The notes: a model not told the origin generated them from the letters alone. Shown: positions 7,129 to 17,939, numbered from the stretch's first letter. The stretch: 47,151 nucleotides of DNA from Leidyana gryllorum EB-2025a (GCA_048772705.1 JBLWGC010000071.1:1-47151); one strand, 5' to 3'. Numbers and translations are program-made.

Positions 7129-9738
7129 GTGGACACCGGGGCTGAAATCAGCTGCATATCACGAATAGCCAGCACTCAGCTAAGCCTCAAACTACGCCCG
7201 GAAACGTACCAACTGAGAGGAATCGGAAGCACCACAGCCACACAGTCGACTCACGTCCTCGTCGAAATCCCCAATCAAACCCCCATCCTCGTACACGCAG
7301 CGGTGATCGACGACATACCGTACGACCTCATCCTCTCCGCCCCCGACATAGCTAGAACCCGACTCGTCATCCATGCAGACCCCAGCCAGAAACTTTGCGT
7401 CATCAGCACCCGCACAGTCGCTCACGTCTTCCCCGTACACTCCCAGAACACGCATGTTACCCAAACCCCTGCCAAAGCAGCTACCGAACCTAAGTCACCC
7501 GAACCACCCATCCCAGCCCCGATTCCGACCAGAGCTGAATGGCTAGCCTCCCTGTACCCCCACACATTCGCTGACAAGCCTCCCGTTCCTCCCGCCCGAG
7601 CTGGGATAGACCACGTCATCATACTCAGTGACCCCACTAAACCGGCCTACGCCCGACCGCCTTATAGAGTTCCGCAACTGTACATTCACGAGATGCGCTC
7701 GCAGATTCTCTCCTTGGTCCAGGAAGGCAAAATCACCCACTCGACCTCGAACTGGGGATCACCGTGCCTCTTCGTCCCCAAGAAAGACACCAGTACCCCT
7801 CGTCTCGTGGTCGACTACCGTCGACTGAACAGCAGAACCATGAAGACACCATACCCCATGCCCAACCTGTCGGACGCCCTCATGACACTGCAGGGGGCTA
7901 CTATCTTCAGCACACTTGACCTAAAGTCAGGCTTCCACCAGGTGCAAGTAGCCGCCGATAGCCGGCCTCTCACAGCGTTCACCACCCCGTGGGGCCTCTT
8001 CGAGTGGGTCAGTATGCCGAACGGCCTCTGCAATGCCCCCGCCACTTTCATGACCCTCATGAACGCGGTATTCAGAGATATAGTGGGAGACTACGTTTTT
8101 GTGTACCTAGACGATGTACTGGTGTTCAGTCAATCCCCCGAGGACCACCGAGTTCATCTGCAGGAAGTCTTTCGACGACTCTCAGCCCATCAGTTGGTAG
8201 TGCATCGCAGGAAATCCGTATTCTTCCAGACAGAAGTCAGCTACGTGGGGCACATCATTGACGCAAATGGAGTGCGTCCACAGCGCCCAAAGTGCGACGC
8301 AATTGCCGGGCTACCCTTGCCCTCGACACTACAGACGATGCAAAGTGGCCTCGGCCTTCTGAACTACTACCGCCGCTTTGTCCCCGGTTTCGCCGAAACA
8401 GCCGTACCCTTATACAAAGCAATTCGAGGCAAAAAGAAACCATCGGATCCGATCGAACCCACACCGGAGCTACACAAAGCTTGGTCCAGCCTTAAACTAG
8501 CCCTAGTTAGAGCCCCCACGTTAGGCTTCGTCTCACCCTCGACACTCACCCTCCATCTCTACACGGACGCCAGTCGCTACGCCCTAGGGGCGGCGCTTGA
8601 AGACCAGTCCACGCATGAAAGAATCCCTATCGACTATTTCTCCCATGCCCTATCCGACACAGAACAACGATACCCTACTCATGAGAGAGAACTCATGGCA
8701 GTCGTTTTGGCAGTTAGGTACTGGCGTCACCTCCTAACGGGCCGTCGAGTAGTGGTGCACACCGACCACCGACCACTGATCTACCTCGCACAACAACCAC
8801 ACATCACGGACCGACAAGCCAGGTGGCTGCTCACTTTGTCTGAATACGACGTGACGTTCGAATATATCAAAGGAACCGCAAATATTATTGCCGATCTCCT
8901 CAGCCGCCCGCCGCTGTCTCCGCCCCACCCCCGCGTTTTTAACATCCGAAACGAATCCCCGACTGCGACAGTCGAACGCACCGCTGAAAGAGAAAACGAC
9001 ACTGGGAACGCCCGCACCGATGCCGGGAACGCCCACGCCACCGATAACGACATTCCTGACGCCTCAGGAGACGCAGATAGTCTCGCCCGAAACAACCCAC
9101 CGCAGACCCTGCACGCTATACCAACCCGTCACCCCTTGCACAACCGAATCGCATTAGCTTGGCACAACCGCCGACAGGAAGCTGGAAGCTGTGGGGAGGT
9201 AGAGTGGGTGGAAGACCTACCTCTTACAGCAGACGGCTGTGTCGAAATTCCGCCAGACCCCGAACTCATCAACGAACTCATCACCGAACACCACGCCAGT
9301 GCATACGCAGGACACTTTGGACCACTAAAGACCATAGCTAGACTTCGTTCCACCTACACGTGGCCAGGACTGTCTGCCGACGCTACCCGCTACTGCCTAC
9401 AGTGCCGCACATGCCAGATAGGAAAAAAGAGACGAGCAAAACCGGCCGGACTACTGAACCCCCTCCAGAACCCACTTCACCCATGGACAGAAGTCCATCT
9501 CGACTTCCTCGAACTACCCCCAGACCCTCAAACAGGCCACGACTACCTACTCGTTGTAGTGGACAGATTCACCCGACGCGTGCGATTGGCACCATGCAAC
9601 AAAACAATCTCAGCATCCGAGACGGCAGAACTCTTTTTGGACAGTGTGGTACGACTACACGGGCTACCCGAACGCATCATCTCCGACCGGGACACCGGTT
9701 TATGTCCGAAGTGTGGCAACATCTCTTTCGAAGTTTAG
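7129..9738 (+). CDS. pol: E2 Pol (PR-RT-RH-IN N-terminal half)
   Basis: DTGA, YLDD, TDAS, HHCC, ISDRD; frameshift near 9697. Confidence 0.95.
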   Translation: MDTGAEISCISRIASTQLSLKLRPETYQLRGIGSTTATQSTHVLVEIPNQTPILVHAAVIDDIPYDLILSAPDIARTRLVIHADPSQKLCVISTRTVAHVFPVHSQNTHVTQTPAKAATEPKSPEPPIPAPIPTRAEWLASLYPHTFADKPPVPPARAGIDHVIILSDPTKPAYARPPYRVPQLYIHEMRSQILSLVQEGKITHSTSNWGSPCLFVPKKDTSTPRLVVDYRRLNSRTMKTPYPMPNLSDALMTLQGATIFSTLDLKSGFHQVQVAADSRPLTAFTTPWGLFEWVSMPNGLCNAPATFMTLMNAVFRDIVGDYVFVYLDDVLVFSQSPEDHRVHLQEVFRRLSAHQLVVHRRKSVFFQTEVSYVGHIIDANGVRPQRPKCDAIAGLPLPSTLQTMQSGLGLLNYYRRFVPGFAETAVPLYKAIRGKKKPSDPIEPTPELHKAWSSLKLALVRAPTLGFVSPSTLTLHLYTDASRYALGAALEDQSTHERIPIDYFSHALSDTEQRYPTHERELMAVVLAVRYWRHLLTGRRVVVHTDHRPLIYLAQQPHITDRQARWLLTLSEYDVTFEYIKGTANIIADLLSRPPLSPPHPRVFNIRNESPTATVERTAERENDTGNARTDAGNAHATDNDIPDASGDADSLARNNPPQTLHAIPTRHPLHNRIALAWHNRRQEAGSCGEVEWVEDLPLTADGCVEIPPDPELINELITEHHASAYAGHFGPLKTIARLRSTYTWPGLSADATRYCLQCRTCQIGKKRRAKPAGLLNPLQNPLHPWTEVHLDFLELPPDPQTGHDYLLVVVDRFTRRVRLAPCNKTISASETAELFLDSVVRLHGLPERIISDRDTGLCPKCGNISFEV

Positions 9739-10617
9739 GCAGTACCCTCGCATTCTCCACCCCTTACCACCCCCAAACAAACGGACTAGCCGAGCGCGCC
9801 AACCAGAATGTTCTCCAACTACTCAGACTGGCACTAAACCCACTCAGCACCTCTTGGACCTCTCTCATCCCAGCCATTGAAGTCGCTATTAACTCAGCCC
9901 AAAGCGACGCCACCAATTCATCACCCTTTGAGCTAGACACGGGACGGGCAATGAGCCTACCGTACTCGCGATGGGCCCAATCACTCCGGGATAGTACATC
10001 CACTCGCTCTGCTGTACGTCCAACCCCTGCAAGAAGCCCGTGACCGCCTCTCCCACGCCCGCACCCAGATGAAGTCTCAGGCGGACAAGCGTCGCTGTGA
10101 ACGTACCTTCCAAGCTGGCGACCTAGTGCTGCTGTCAACAAAACATCTCCCCCATGTCAGTTCACACAAACTCTCTCCCCCTTTCACAGGCCCGTTCGTC
10201 GTGGAAAGATGTTGCGGCAACGATGTGTACCAGTTAGTACTCCCATCGGCGTGGCGAATTTTAGCGCGTTTTCACGTCTCCCGTCTCACGGCCTACAACC
10301 CTAACCCCAATGAAAACCTCGATCATGTGGACGAGGTCGCCGAACCAGGGTACTTGATGGAACGCATTCTAGGAGAACAACAGGGTGACGACGGAATCTA
10401 CTACCAAGTTAAGTGGGCCGGCTACGACGAAACGACATGGGAACCCGCCATCCACGTGCTCGAAGCTGATGGGCAAGACCTCATCGACGAATTTAGGCGA
10501 ACCTACAACCGGCACAACCCCCAAAACCCCTACCAAAATTTGGAAGGGAGGGGTGTTAGTGCGAACGATAGCCCGAACCCAGTACCGCTGCTAGATCAGA
10601 ATCACACCACCAGCTAG
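9698..10617 (+). pseudogene. pol: E2 integrase C-terminal half and chromodomain, frameshifted
   Basis: FMSEVWQ..NGLAERAN in one frame, GPF and YQVKWAGYDETTWEP in another; frameshifts ~10000-10060. Confidence 0.88.
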
Positions 10618-10894
10618 GCAGATTAGCTTAGTCACAAGCGGGGCAAACCCCGTCATGCAAGAAGCCTAGCTAGCGACCCTTGGGGCCACTGTACCGCCCT
10701 TGGACCGCTGGGCGCGCTCCCAGACCGCTACAGTATCCCCAAGTGACCGGCAGCGCAGGAGGGAGACACAGCACACACGTGTGCTTACCGTTTTTGATTG
10801 CGTGATTAGACTTACGGAACTACTCGAATGGTTGCTACTCGCTCGAATGCTTCATCCATACCGGACCACGGGTCCGTAGGTAGGAAACCTAACA
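10554..10894 (+). repeat. E2 3' LTR with 67-bp internal deletion
   Basis: Matches the 5' LTR except for loss of 5684-5750. Confidence 0.95.
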
Positions 10895-11173
10895 TCCTGT
10901 CTGTGTCTCCCGCGTGCCGGCCGGCCCGAGACGGAGACACAGACACGTTGGTGCATTGGTTCCGACCAAACACCGTCAATCTATCCGCCTTTGGCGTAGT
11001 AGCCTTCCTCCGAAGGCCGTCCCTTCGTCCGGACGGAGTAGTGTAGGCCGGTCCAACAAGGGCTCCAGAGGGGGGTTCGGTAACCGTGTGTTACACCCCG
11101 TCTCCGTCTCCGGGTGATCTGCCGGCCGGCCCCCGGGTCGTCGGTAACAAAGTGTTGGCTACACTCCTCCCCA

Positions 11174-14100
11174 TCAAGACTCCAGGTCCTTGCCTTCCAG
11201 TTGCTCCGGTGTGTACGGTACCTTGGTGGTTTCTCTATTGTTGTACTCTCTTCGGAATGCCAGGACCAGGTCCATGGCGTCTCCCTCTTTGATCACCGTT
11301 AGTGGCTCCCAAGTGTTCTCTGAGTCGGGGTAACCTCTCCACTTTATCAGCCAGAGGTAAGATCCGTCCCTTAGTCTCTCTCCTTTCACGGCCTCCATTT
11401 GGTACAGTGGTTGCGGGTTCTCGGGAGGCGTTCCCGTATACTTCCGCAAACGGCTGACGTGGAATCGGTTATGTACTTGCAATCGAGCCGGTAGCTCGAG
11501 TTCATAAACATCACCAGGTATGCAGCTGATGACGCGAAATGGTCCAATCCAGCTATGGGATAGCTTAGTTCGGCGCAGGCCTTTCAACTGCTTTGATGAC
11601 AGCAGGACGTAATCGCCTTCTTGGTGGCTCTCTTCTCTCCTGTTGGTGTCCGCTGCCTTCTTCTGTTTTTTCTGTGCCGTGCGTATTCGGTCTGTGATCT
11701 CCTGTAGTCTCTCCGCTTCCAGCTGCAGCGGTTTCTTCGCTGACGTTGGGCGTTCGGGTATGGATGCCACTAGTGGCGTTCTGAAGGGGGTCCCTGTCTC
11801 TGCCTCGTGTGGAGACATTCCAATTGACTCGTTCATGGCCGAATTTATTGCCATTTCCACGGTGGGGATGAGCTGTGTCCAGTGAGGGCCTAATTCTGTG
11901 CATACTGTTCGCAAGACCTGCAAGGCGGTGCGGTGCCCTCTTTCCACCATCCCGTTCGTCTGGGGGTGGAATGCGGTACTCGGTCGCAATTTTGTTCCCA
12001 TGATGCGTAACATTTCCGTCCATACTTCTGAACACCACCGTGAGTCGCGATCGCAAACAATTGACTCTGGACACCCATCAGCAGTTGTGCTGAGTCCGTT
12101 GCGGAAATATCCCTGCGACAGGGAATGAGCGTCATTCTGCGGGAGAACCTGTCAATTATAGTCATCAGACAGTCTTTCTTGTGGGTAGGGTCCTCCGGCA
12201 GGCAAACCAGATCGATGCTGACCTCGCGCCACGGCTCACAGGGTGGTGGGATTGGATGTAGGAGCCCTATTGTTTTTTGATTCGTGCTCTTGACTCTTTG
12301 GCAGGTGTCGCATGCCCTGCAATACTCTCGAACGTCCCGAGCAACATGTGGCCAGTGAAACATAGCGACCACTCTCTTCAGTGTTCTGTCGATTCCCATG
12401 TGGCCTCCTAGTGGTGAGCTATGGCACTCCTCCAGTATGCGAAGCTTTACTTCGCGGTTGTCCGGTACTATGATACGGTCCTCGCAGTCATATATGAGCC
12501 CCTGATGCTTAATCTGGTCTCCGGTTGGCTGGAGGGGTCCACTTAGACGTTGAAGCAGTAGCATGAACTCTCCCTCTCTGCTTTGGTAGTGTGCCATGTG
12601 ACAGAGTTTCGGTGGCGGTCTGCTCAATAAGTCGGCCAAGTGGTTCTCACTTCCTTTGATATAGTCGATTTTGCAGGGGAACTGGGAGATCTTCAGCACC
12701 CGGTCTGACACGTTCTTCGCTTTGGCGAGTGTTGCCAATGGCTTGTGGTCGGTGAAGACCGAGAACGGCTTAGTGGCCAAGAAATGACGCCAACGCTTGA
12801 GCGCTCTTTCAATCGCGTACAGTTCCCTTTCGTGGACGGGCCACGCCTTCTGTGCTGGGGTCAGTCTGCAGCTCATGAACTCTAATGGTGTTCGGCCTTC
12901 GGGCTGATGCTGTTCCAACGTGGCTCCGATGGCCTCGTTCGAGGCGTCCGTCGTGACAACCAACGGCAAGTTGCGGTCCATGTGTCCTAACTGTCTTTCG
13001 TCATCAAAGCAAGTAGTGAGGTCCTGCCACGCCCTCGTCCTCTCTGGAGTCCATTCAATGGTCCTTCGGCTTCGAACTGGCGGCAATCAGGCCGTGGAAT
13101 ATTCGTACTTTCTCTGCGAACAGTGGAATGAATCGCGAGTAATAAGACATGGCTCCGATCAGTGTTGACAGCTCCTTCACCGTTTCCGGCGGTGGACGAG
13201 TGCGGAAGAACTCTACCTTGGTTTTGGCGGGTTGGATCCCTCCTGGTGTCACTCTGTGACCTGTGAATTCCACCTCAGTGAGGTAGAACTTGGATTTGCT
13301 CGCGTTTATATACAGTTGATGTCTTCTCAGGCGGTTGAACACTGCTTCGAGGTGTGCTCGATGTTCCTCCCAGCTTGTGCTGTATACCAGTAGGTCATCC
13401 ACGTAAGCCACTACGCATTCGCCAATCAGTTCATCCAAAACTTCGGTCATCAGTGCGATGAACGCGCATGGGGCGTTCTTCAGCCCGAATGGCATCACGG
13501 TATATTGATACTTACCAAATGGGGTCACAAAGGCCGTGAACTGTTGGGATTCGGGTTCGATCCTGATCTGGTGGAATCCAGACTTCAGGTCAATCTTCGA
13601 GAAGACCCGTGCGCCCCTCAGAACCGATAGGTTCTCTTCTGTCGTCGTCGTGGGGTATGCATAGTTCACCGTTTGATCGTTGAGAGCCTTGTAATTCGTG
13701 ACCATTCTGGGTACATTGGTGTCAGCCTTGGGTACCAGAAAGCACGGAGCTGACCATTCCGACTTGGACTGGACGATCTTCCCCTGGGTTAGCAACTCAT
13801 CCACTTGTCGACCTAGCTCTCCAACGTCGCCTTTCCCGCCATACGGGCGTCCTGCATATGGTTTGGCATCCGGCTGAATTTTTATTTGAAAATTATGGAA
13901 TCCCCGATCTGGTGGATATGGAAGGTTGTCGCTGAAGAGTTCTCCGAACTCCTCCATGATCCACCCGTTCTCCCCCTGGATCTCCGGGACTGGTCGAGGT
14001 CAGTTGAGTTTCACCGGTTTTGTAACGAATGCTTTGTTGACCTCGAGGATCGCTCCTTCGGCTATCACCATTCTTCCTGTTCCGTCGGTTCCCAAGATGA

Positions 14101-14395
14101 GCGGTATGTCATGAATCAGCGGGAGGCCTACTATCGCCTCGTAGTGGTCATTGTGTACCACCGCAAAGCGCGAGGGGGGATACCGCTTGTGTTGAGTCTT
14201 CAGACAGGCTTGTACTTCTCCTTCGCACTTCGCCGAGCCCATTCCTTCAATCCTTTGCGTGATGCAATCCTGTATTTTCAGACCTAAGCTCCTTGCCAAG
14301 GCTGGTGTGATGATATTCACTTCCGATCCTGAGTCGATCAGGGCTGTCGTTCTTCGGCTATGCCCCCCCTTGGGGCTCGTTACCTCCCACTCCAT
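11174..14395 (-). pseudogene. pol: E3 Pol in four frameshifted pieces (PR 14000-14395, RT 13055-13957, RH/IN 11890-13086, IN/chromodomain 11174-12013)
   Basis: LIDSGS, YVDD, TDAS, GHMG..CDTC, NGMVERGH, WIGPF, WLIKWRGYPDSENTWEP. Confidence 0.92.
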
Positions 14396-14475
14396 TGTGG
14401 CCGTCCAACCCGTGCGTAGCGTGCCTTGCCACTGGATGGCGGTGAAGCATGTGTTAGGCCCGTGCTGGGCCTCGT

Positions 14476-15459
14476 CTAAAAATCCGAGTCCGTTTCGGCC
14501 TCCTCTTCGCGGTTTCCGTCTTCTGGTAAGTTCGCCATCGCCGGGAAGGCTCTCCGTCTTTGCTGGTTGTTCTTAGGGTGGTTTCCCCGCTTCGGGCATT
14601 TGGTGGACAGGTGTCCGGCTTGTCCGCACAGGTAGCACAGGTTGTGCTTGCTGCAGTGTTCCCGCGTGTGAGGATTTTGTATCCCCACTCCTCTGTGAGT
14701 TGCTACCAACGTCCGTTTGACTAATTGTGTTTCTTTTGGGCACATGATGAGGACCAGCGAAACCGCCTCGGCTACCGTTTGGGGGTTTCTGCCGCGGATC
14801 GCCAACTGCTCTGCCTTCGGAAGTCGCGACAGAAACAACTCCACCATATCCTGTTCCGGGACGTTTCGCACGGTACGCCGCTCTTGTCTGAACGCAATGG
14901 CGAACTGACGGATGCCTCCCTCCTCCGGGCGCAATTCCACCAGCCGCGCTAGGCTTCCCCGCTTGTCCGACTCAAACTCATTCGTAACCATCCTGCGGAA
15001 GCTCTCCCAGTCCAGGCGCCTGATGTCGGAAGCAACTGTGTTCGCCCAGGACGACGCTCCCGCTCGGAAGGTGCCGCAAGCCACTGCTGTCCAGTTGTTG
15101 ATCGGTAGGTTGGCGTTCCGGAAGCAGTTTTCGAGAGTATCGAGATGAGCGGCCGGCTCCGTGCTGCCATCGTAACCTCCTGCTACTTGGACCGTTGTTC
15201 GAATCCATCCCATCACTCGCATTGTCTGGTCCGTTGGTTCTGCCGGTTCGTGCCCGTGATCTATCTTCTTCCTGACGGTCGGGTCCCTCATTCCTTCCCT
15301 CGCTTCGGCTGCCGTATCTACATCTTCGTCCATCGGAGGTAAGTTGTGCGCACTGCCAGTATAACCCGGTGGCAGGTCAGTAAGTTCAGTAGTTATTGCT
15401 CCAAGTAACTTCCCGTTCCGCAGGCGGAGTCCATCGGTTTCGTTATGTTCCATTGTCAT
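14476..15459 (-). CDS. gag: E3 Gag
   Basis: CYLCGQAGHLSTKC knuckle; in-frame ATG at 15459 within the LTR; ends G_GAT_TTT_TAG. Confidence 0.88.
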   Translation of the reverse strand: MTMEHNETDGLRLRNGKLLGAITTELTDLPPGYTGSAHNLPPMDEDVDTAAEAREGMRDPTVRKKIDHGHEPAEPTDQTMRVMGWIRTTVQVAGGYDGSTEPAAHLDTLENCFRNANLPINNWTAVACGTFRAGASSWANTVASDIRRLDWESFRRMVTNEFESDKRGSLARLVELRPEEGGIRQFAIAFRQERRTVRNVPEQDMVELFLSRLPKAEQLAIRGRNPQTVAEAVSLVLIMCPKETQLVKRTLVATHRGVGIQNPHTREHCSKHNLCYLCGQAGHLSTKCPKRGNHPKNNQQRRRAFPAMANLPEDGNREEEAETDSDF

Positions 15460-15562
15460 GCAAGTAAAAACGTAAGCACACGTGTGTGTCGATCCCCCGT
15501 CTCCGTCTCCGGGTGATCTGCCGGCCGGCCCCCGGGTCGTCGGTAACAAAGTGTTGGCTACA
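15360..15562 (-). repeat. E3 5' LTR (~203 bp)
   Basis: TGTAGCC...CCGGGTTATA; first ~68 bp match 11096-11163; end inferred by analogy with the S4 end CCGGGTCACA. Confidence 0.75.
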
Positions 15563-15601
15563 CGCATGAACATTAAAAAGGGAACACATGTGTTGCTTAC
15601 A
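15563..15601 (-). repeat. Remnant of an LTR of the 4-bp-TSD family, truncated by E3
   Basis: catgaacattaaaaagg...cttaca resembles the same part of 16295-16516 and 20311-20545. Confidence 0.65.
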
Positions 15602-15865
15602 TATGGTATCGGCCGCCTATGCGGCCTTGTCTGTGCTACTAATTCAAAAAAACTGTGTGTTGCAGTTGTGTGGGGTCAGTGTGGCATTGGTGTTGTGTGA
15701 GTACCTTGCTTAGATCGCTTATCATCATTCACAACTGAGCTTCAGATGAACAAACTGAACACCACCACTACTACTGATCAGAAAGCAGCACTCCTCCGTA
15801 CCAAACAGATCAACTTGAGAGATCTGGCCAACAGAAGCAGCGATCTGACTATCGACGTGGATCGC

Positions 15866-16086
15866 TGTAAACCTTGCGGTTTCTTGGTTTGTTTCGAAGC
15901 TGCATCTGTTCAAGTATCACGTTGAAGCTAATCACAAAAAGGTAAGATCTTTTGTATAAGCACACGTGCGTGTTTGTTTATTCGTGTCTCCGTCTCCGGG
16001 TATCGTGCCGGCCGGCTCCAGGGCCGTCGGTGATAAAAGTCCTAAATGGGGTGTTACAAAGGGTCCTAAGTGGAAAGGGTGTTACA
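15866..16086 (-). mobile_element. Solo LTR related to the E3 LTR
   Basis: TGTAA..TTACA; 5-bp TSD ATCGC; shares gtctccgtctccgggt..gccggccgg with E3. Confidence 0.88.
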
Positions 16087-16294
16087 ATCGCCTGATCGTC
16101 GATCAGCGCCCGTCTCCACCTCTGCTCAACTCAAGCCGCGAACATCGATGCCGACATACCTTTTCTCCAACCTCTGGTGCTCGAGGCACCCACCATCACC
16201 AACGCGGGAACGATCTCGGCGAGGGGAGACGTGTCTCTGAAAGCCTCGAAGCTACTCGTCAAAGCGGTCGATTTCACAACAAAGACTATGGTTG

Positions 16295-16516
16295 TGTAAG
16301 TGTCGGGCTCTCAGGGTGGTTGCGAGGCCTTCTTGGTCTTCTGGGCTAGTGCCTTAGGGATAACACCAGTCTTGGATCCCTTTCTGGTCGTTGGCATTCT
16401 TGGTAAGTTCGTGCGTGTCTGCGTGTTTGCGTGCCGGTGTCTCCGGTGTGTTCGAGACGTGTTCATGTACATTAAAAAGGTTCACAGTAAGCTAGCTGCT
16501 CGTCCGGTGGCCTACA
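16295..16516 (-). mobile_element. Solo LTR, 4-bp-TSD family
   Basis: TGTA..TACA; TSD GTTG; the empty site is visible in the paralogous copy at ~23140. Confidence 0.9.
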
Positions 16517-17236
16517 GTTGCGTGGTTGGGAACCGATTGACAATTGTTGCTGAGGTCCTCGTCAACGGAGTCAATTATCAGACCACGGCATCTGGTGCCA
16601 CCCATTCGACCACCGGTCAACCGTCTATTTCCACCAGGGGGGCCAACGGGCAGATCAAACTGCGGGTGAAGAAAGATCTGGTGAATATTGACAGCCGGGT
16701 CAGCTGCAGGCCCGTCGCAGGGCGGAGGGAGCTTTGTTCAAGGTGCGTTTGGGCGGCATTCGTTGTGTTTCGTTGTCTATTGTGTTCAGGCCCTTCTGGA
16801 AAAAGGTGGGCCTAAGGCCGGACAAATATCAGTGTCTGTCGGTCTGTGAGTAGCGTAAGAGCCTACCGCCAACTGTATGGGAAGCGTCGTGGGATAACAG
16901 GGGGTTTTGGTCTAGTCGTGGTATTCTGCGTGCTCGCGCGTCCGATACATCTCTAAGAGACGGTCCTTGGAGGACGACTCCTGCCCCTACCGTAGGTAGA
17001 ACTAGAGGTTTTCAGACTCCATGTAGACTGGTTTTTCAGTAGCCCGGCCTACGTGCGTACCACTACGTAAACTGAGCCCCATCTTAATCGTGCACTAATC
17101 TGTTTTGTGCGTTGTTCGTTCTCCGTCTGTCTGTGTATCTACTAGTTGTGTCCGAAAAACCCTGTATTGTATGGCCTGCGTCAGTCTGCCGTAGCGGGTT
17201 AAACGGGCTATAGTACAGCTATAAAGGCACAGCCAA

Positions 17237-17279
17237 TCTTCCACCCGAAGGAAGAATCATACCACTAGACCAAACAGCC
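17237..17279 (-). pseudogene. tRNA-Pro(CGG) 5' fragment
   Basis: Truncated after the anticodon arm. Confidence 0.8.
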
Positions 17280-17365
17280 GCCTGTCGGTCGTGCAACCGC
17301 TGAGTACAGTCGAGAGAGTGGTCATACGATGTTGAGAACAAAAAATGCGATGGGGTCTGCACAAC

Positions 17366-17438
17366 GGGCGACTAGCTGAAATGGTAGAGCGCCCGCTTAG
17401 CATGCGAGAGGTACTGGGATCGATGCCCAGGTCGTCCA
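17366..17438 (+). tRNA. tRNA-Ala(AGC)
   Basis: Cloverleaf, minor mismatches. Confidence 0.85.
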
Positions 17439-17529
17439 AACTTCGTAGTTTTCAACTGCCGGTATTTTTACGACCTTGGAAGGGTCCAAAAGCACAAGTG
17501 CCGTCTAGAGAGTACGGTGCCGCAGAACC

Positions 17530-17602
17530 CGGTCCGGGTAGGTTTCGAACCTGCGACTTTGTGGTTAACAGCCACACGCTCTGCCGACTGAGCTACCAGA
17601 CC
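17530..17602 (-). tRNA. tRNA-Asn(GTT)
   Basis: Cloverleaf. Confidence 0.85.
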
Positions 17603-17721
17603 CAGTGACAATCTTTCAGAGGTTAGTAGAGAGATCCTTCATCTTATACCGAAGAATTTTGCAGCCCTCTCACGTTATCGAGACCTGAGAGACCAGCCAG
17701 AAAAGCTTGAGCTCGTGAGCA

Positions 17722-17793
17722 AGCCTTCTGCCGGAATCGAACCGGCGACCTTTCGCTTACTAAGCGAATGCTCTGCCCCTAAGCTAAGAAGGC
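17722..17793 (-). tRNA. tRNA-Thr(AGT)
   Basis: Cloverleaf. Confidence 0.9.
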
Positions 17794-17939
17794 AATACAA
17801 GCCGAAGATCACGAATCAGTTACTATTGACGGGGATTACTGGAGCACTTTGCTCGAGTAACTTCCACTGCCGGGACTTGAACCCGGATCGTGCGGGTGAA
17901 AGCCGCGACTGTACCAGCCATTTGCACCACCGACCGATG

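Larger units (their letters stand above)
5634..10894 (+). mobile_element. Ty3/Gypsy chromovirus LTR retrotransposon E2
   Basis: LTRs 5634-6041 and 10554-10894; TSD TCCTG (5629-5633, 10895-10899); PBS 6043-6060; PPT before 10554. Confidence 0.97.
5490..11095 (-). mobile_element. Solo LTR S4 (5490-5633 plus 10900-11095), split by E2
   Basis: TG..CA ends; 5-bp TSD CCCCG at 5485-5489 and 11096-11100. Confidence 0.88.
11096..15562 (-). mobile_element. Ty3/Gypsy chromovirus E3 (divergent family); 3' LTR disrupted by nested insertions
   Basis: 5' LTR 15360-15562; 3' LTR begins at 11163 after the PPT GGGGAGGAG; gag-pol on the minus strand. Confidence 0.93.
15746..16815 (+). pseudogene. Decayed gene with filamentous-haemagglutinin-like repeats, split by two solo LTRs
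   Basis: Removing both LTRs restores a 205-codon ORF; LEAPTITNAGTISARGDVSLKAS (alternative frame) and NRLTIVAEVLVNG resemble beta-helix repeats; family call by eye only. Confidence 0.5.

Noticed and set aside
417-15342. Antisense and alternative-frame ORFs over the retrotransposons, including any env-like third ORF
   Set aside because: Shadow ORFs of GC-rich gag/pol; pol runs up to or into the 3' LTR, leaving no room for env.
16891-16903. GGGATAACAGGG resembling an I-SceI site or LSU rRNA motif
   Set aside because: Only 12 nt match, with no flanking rRNA homology.
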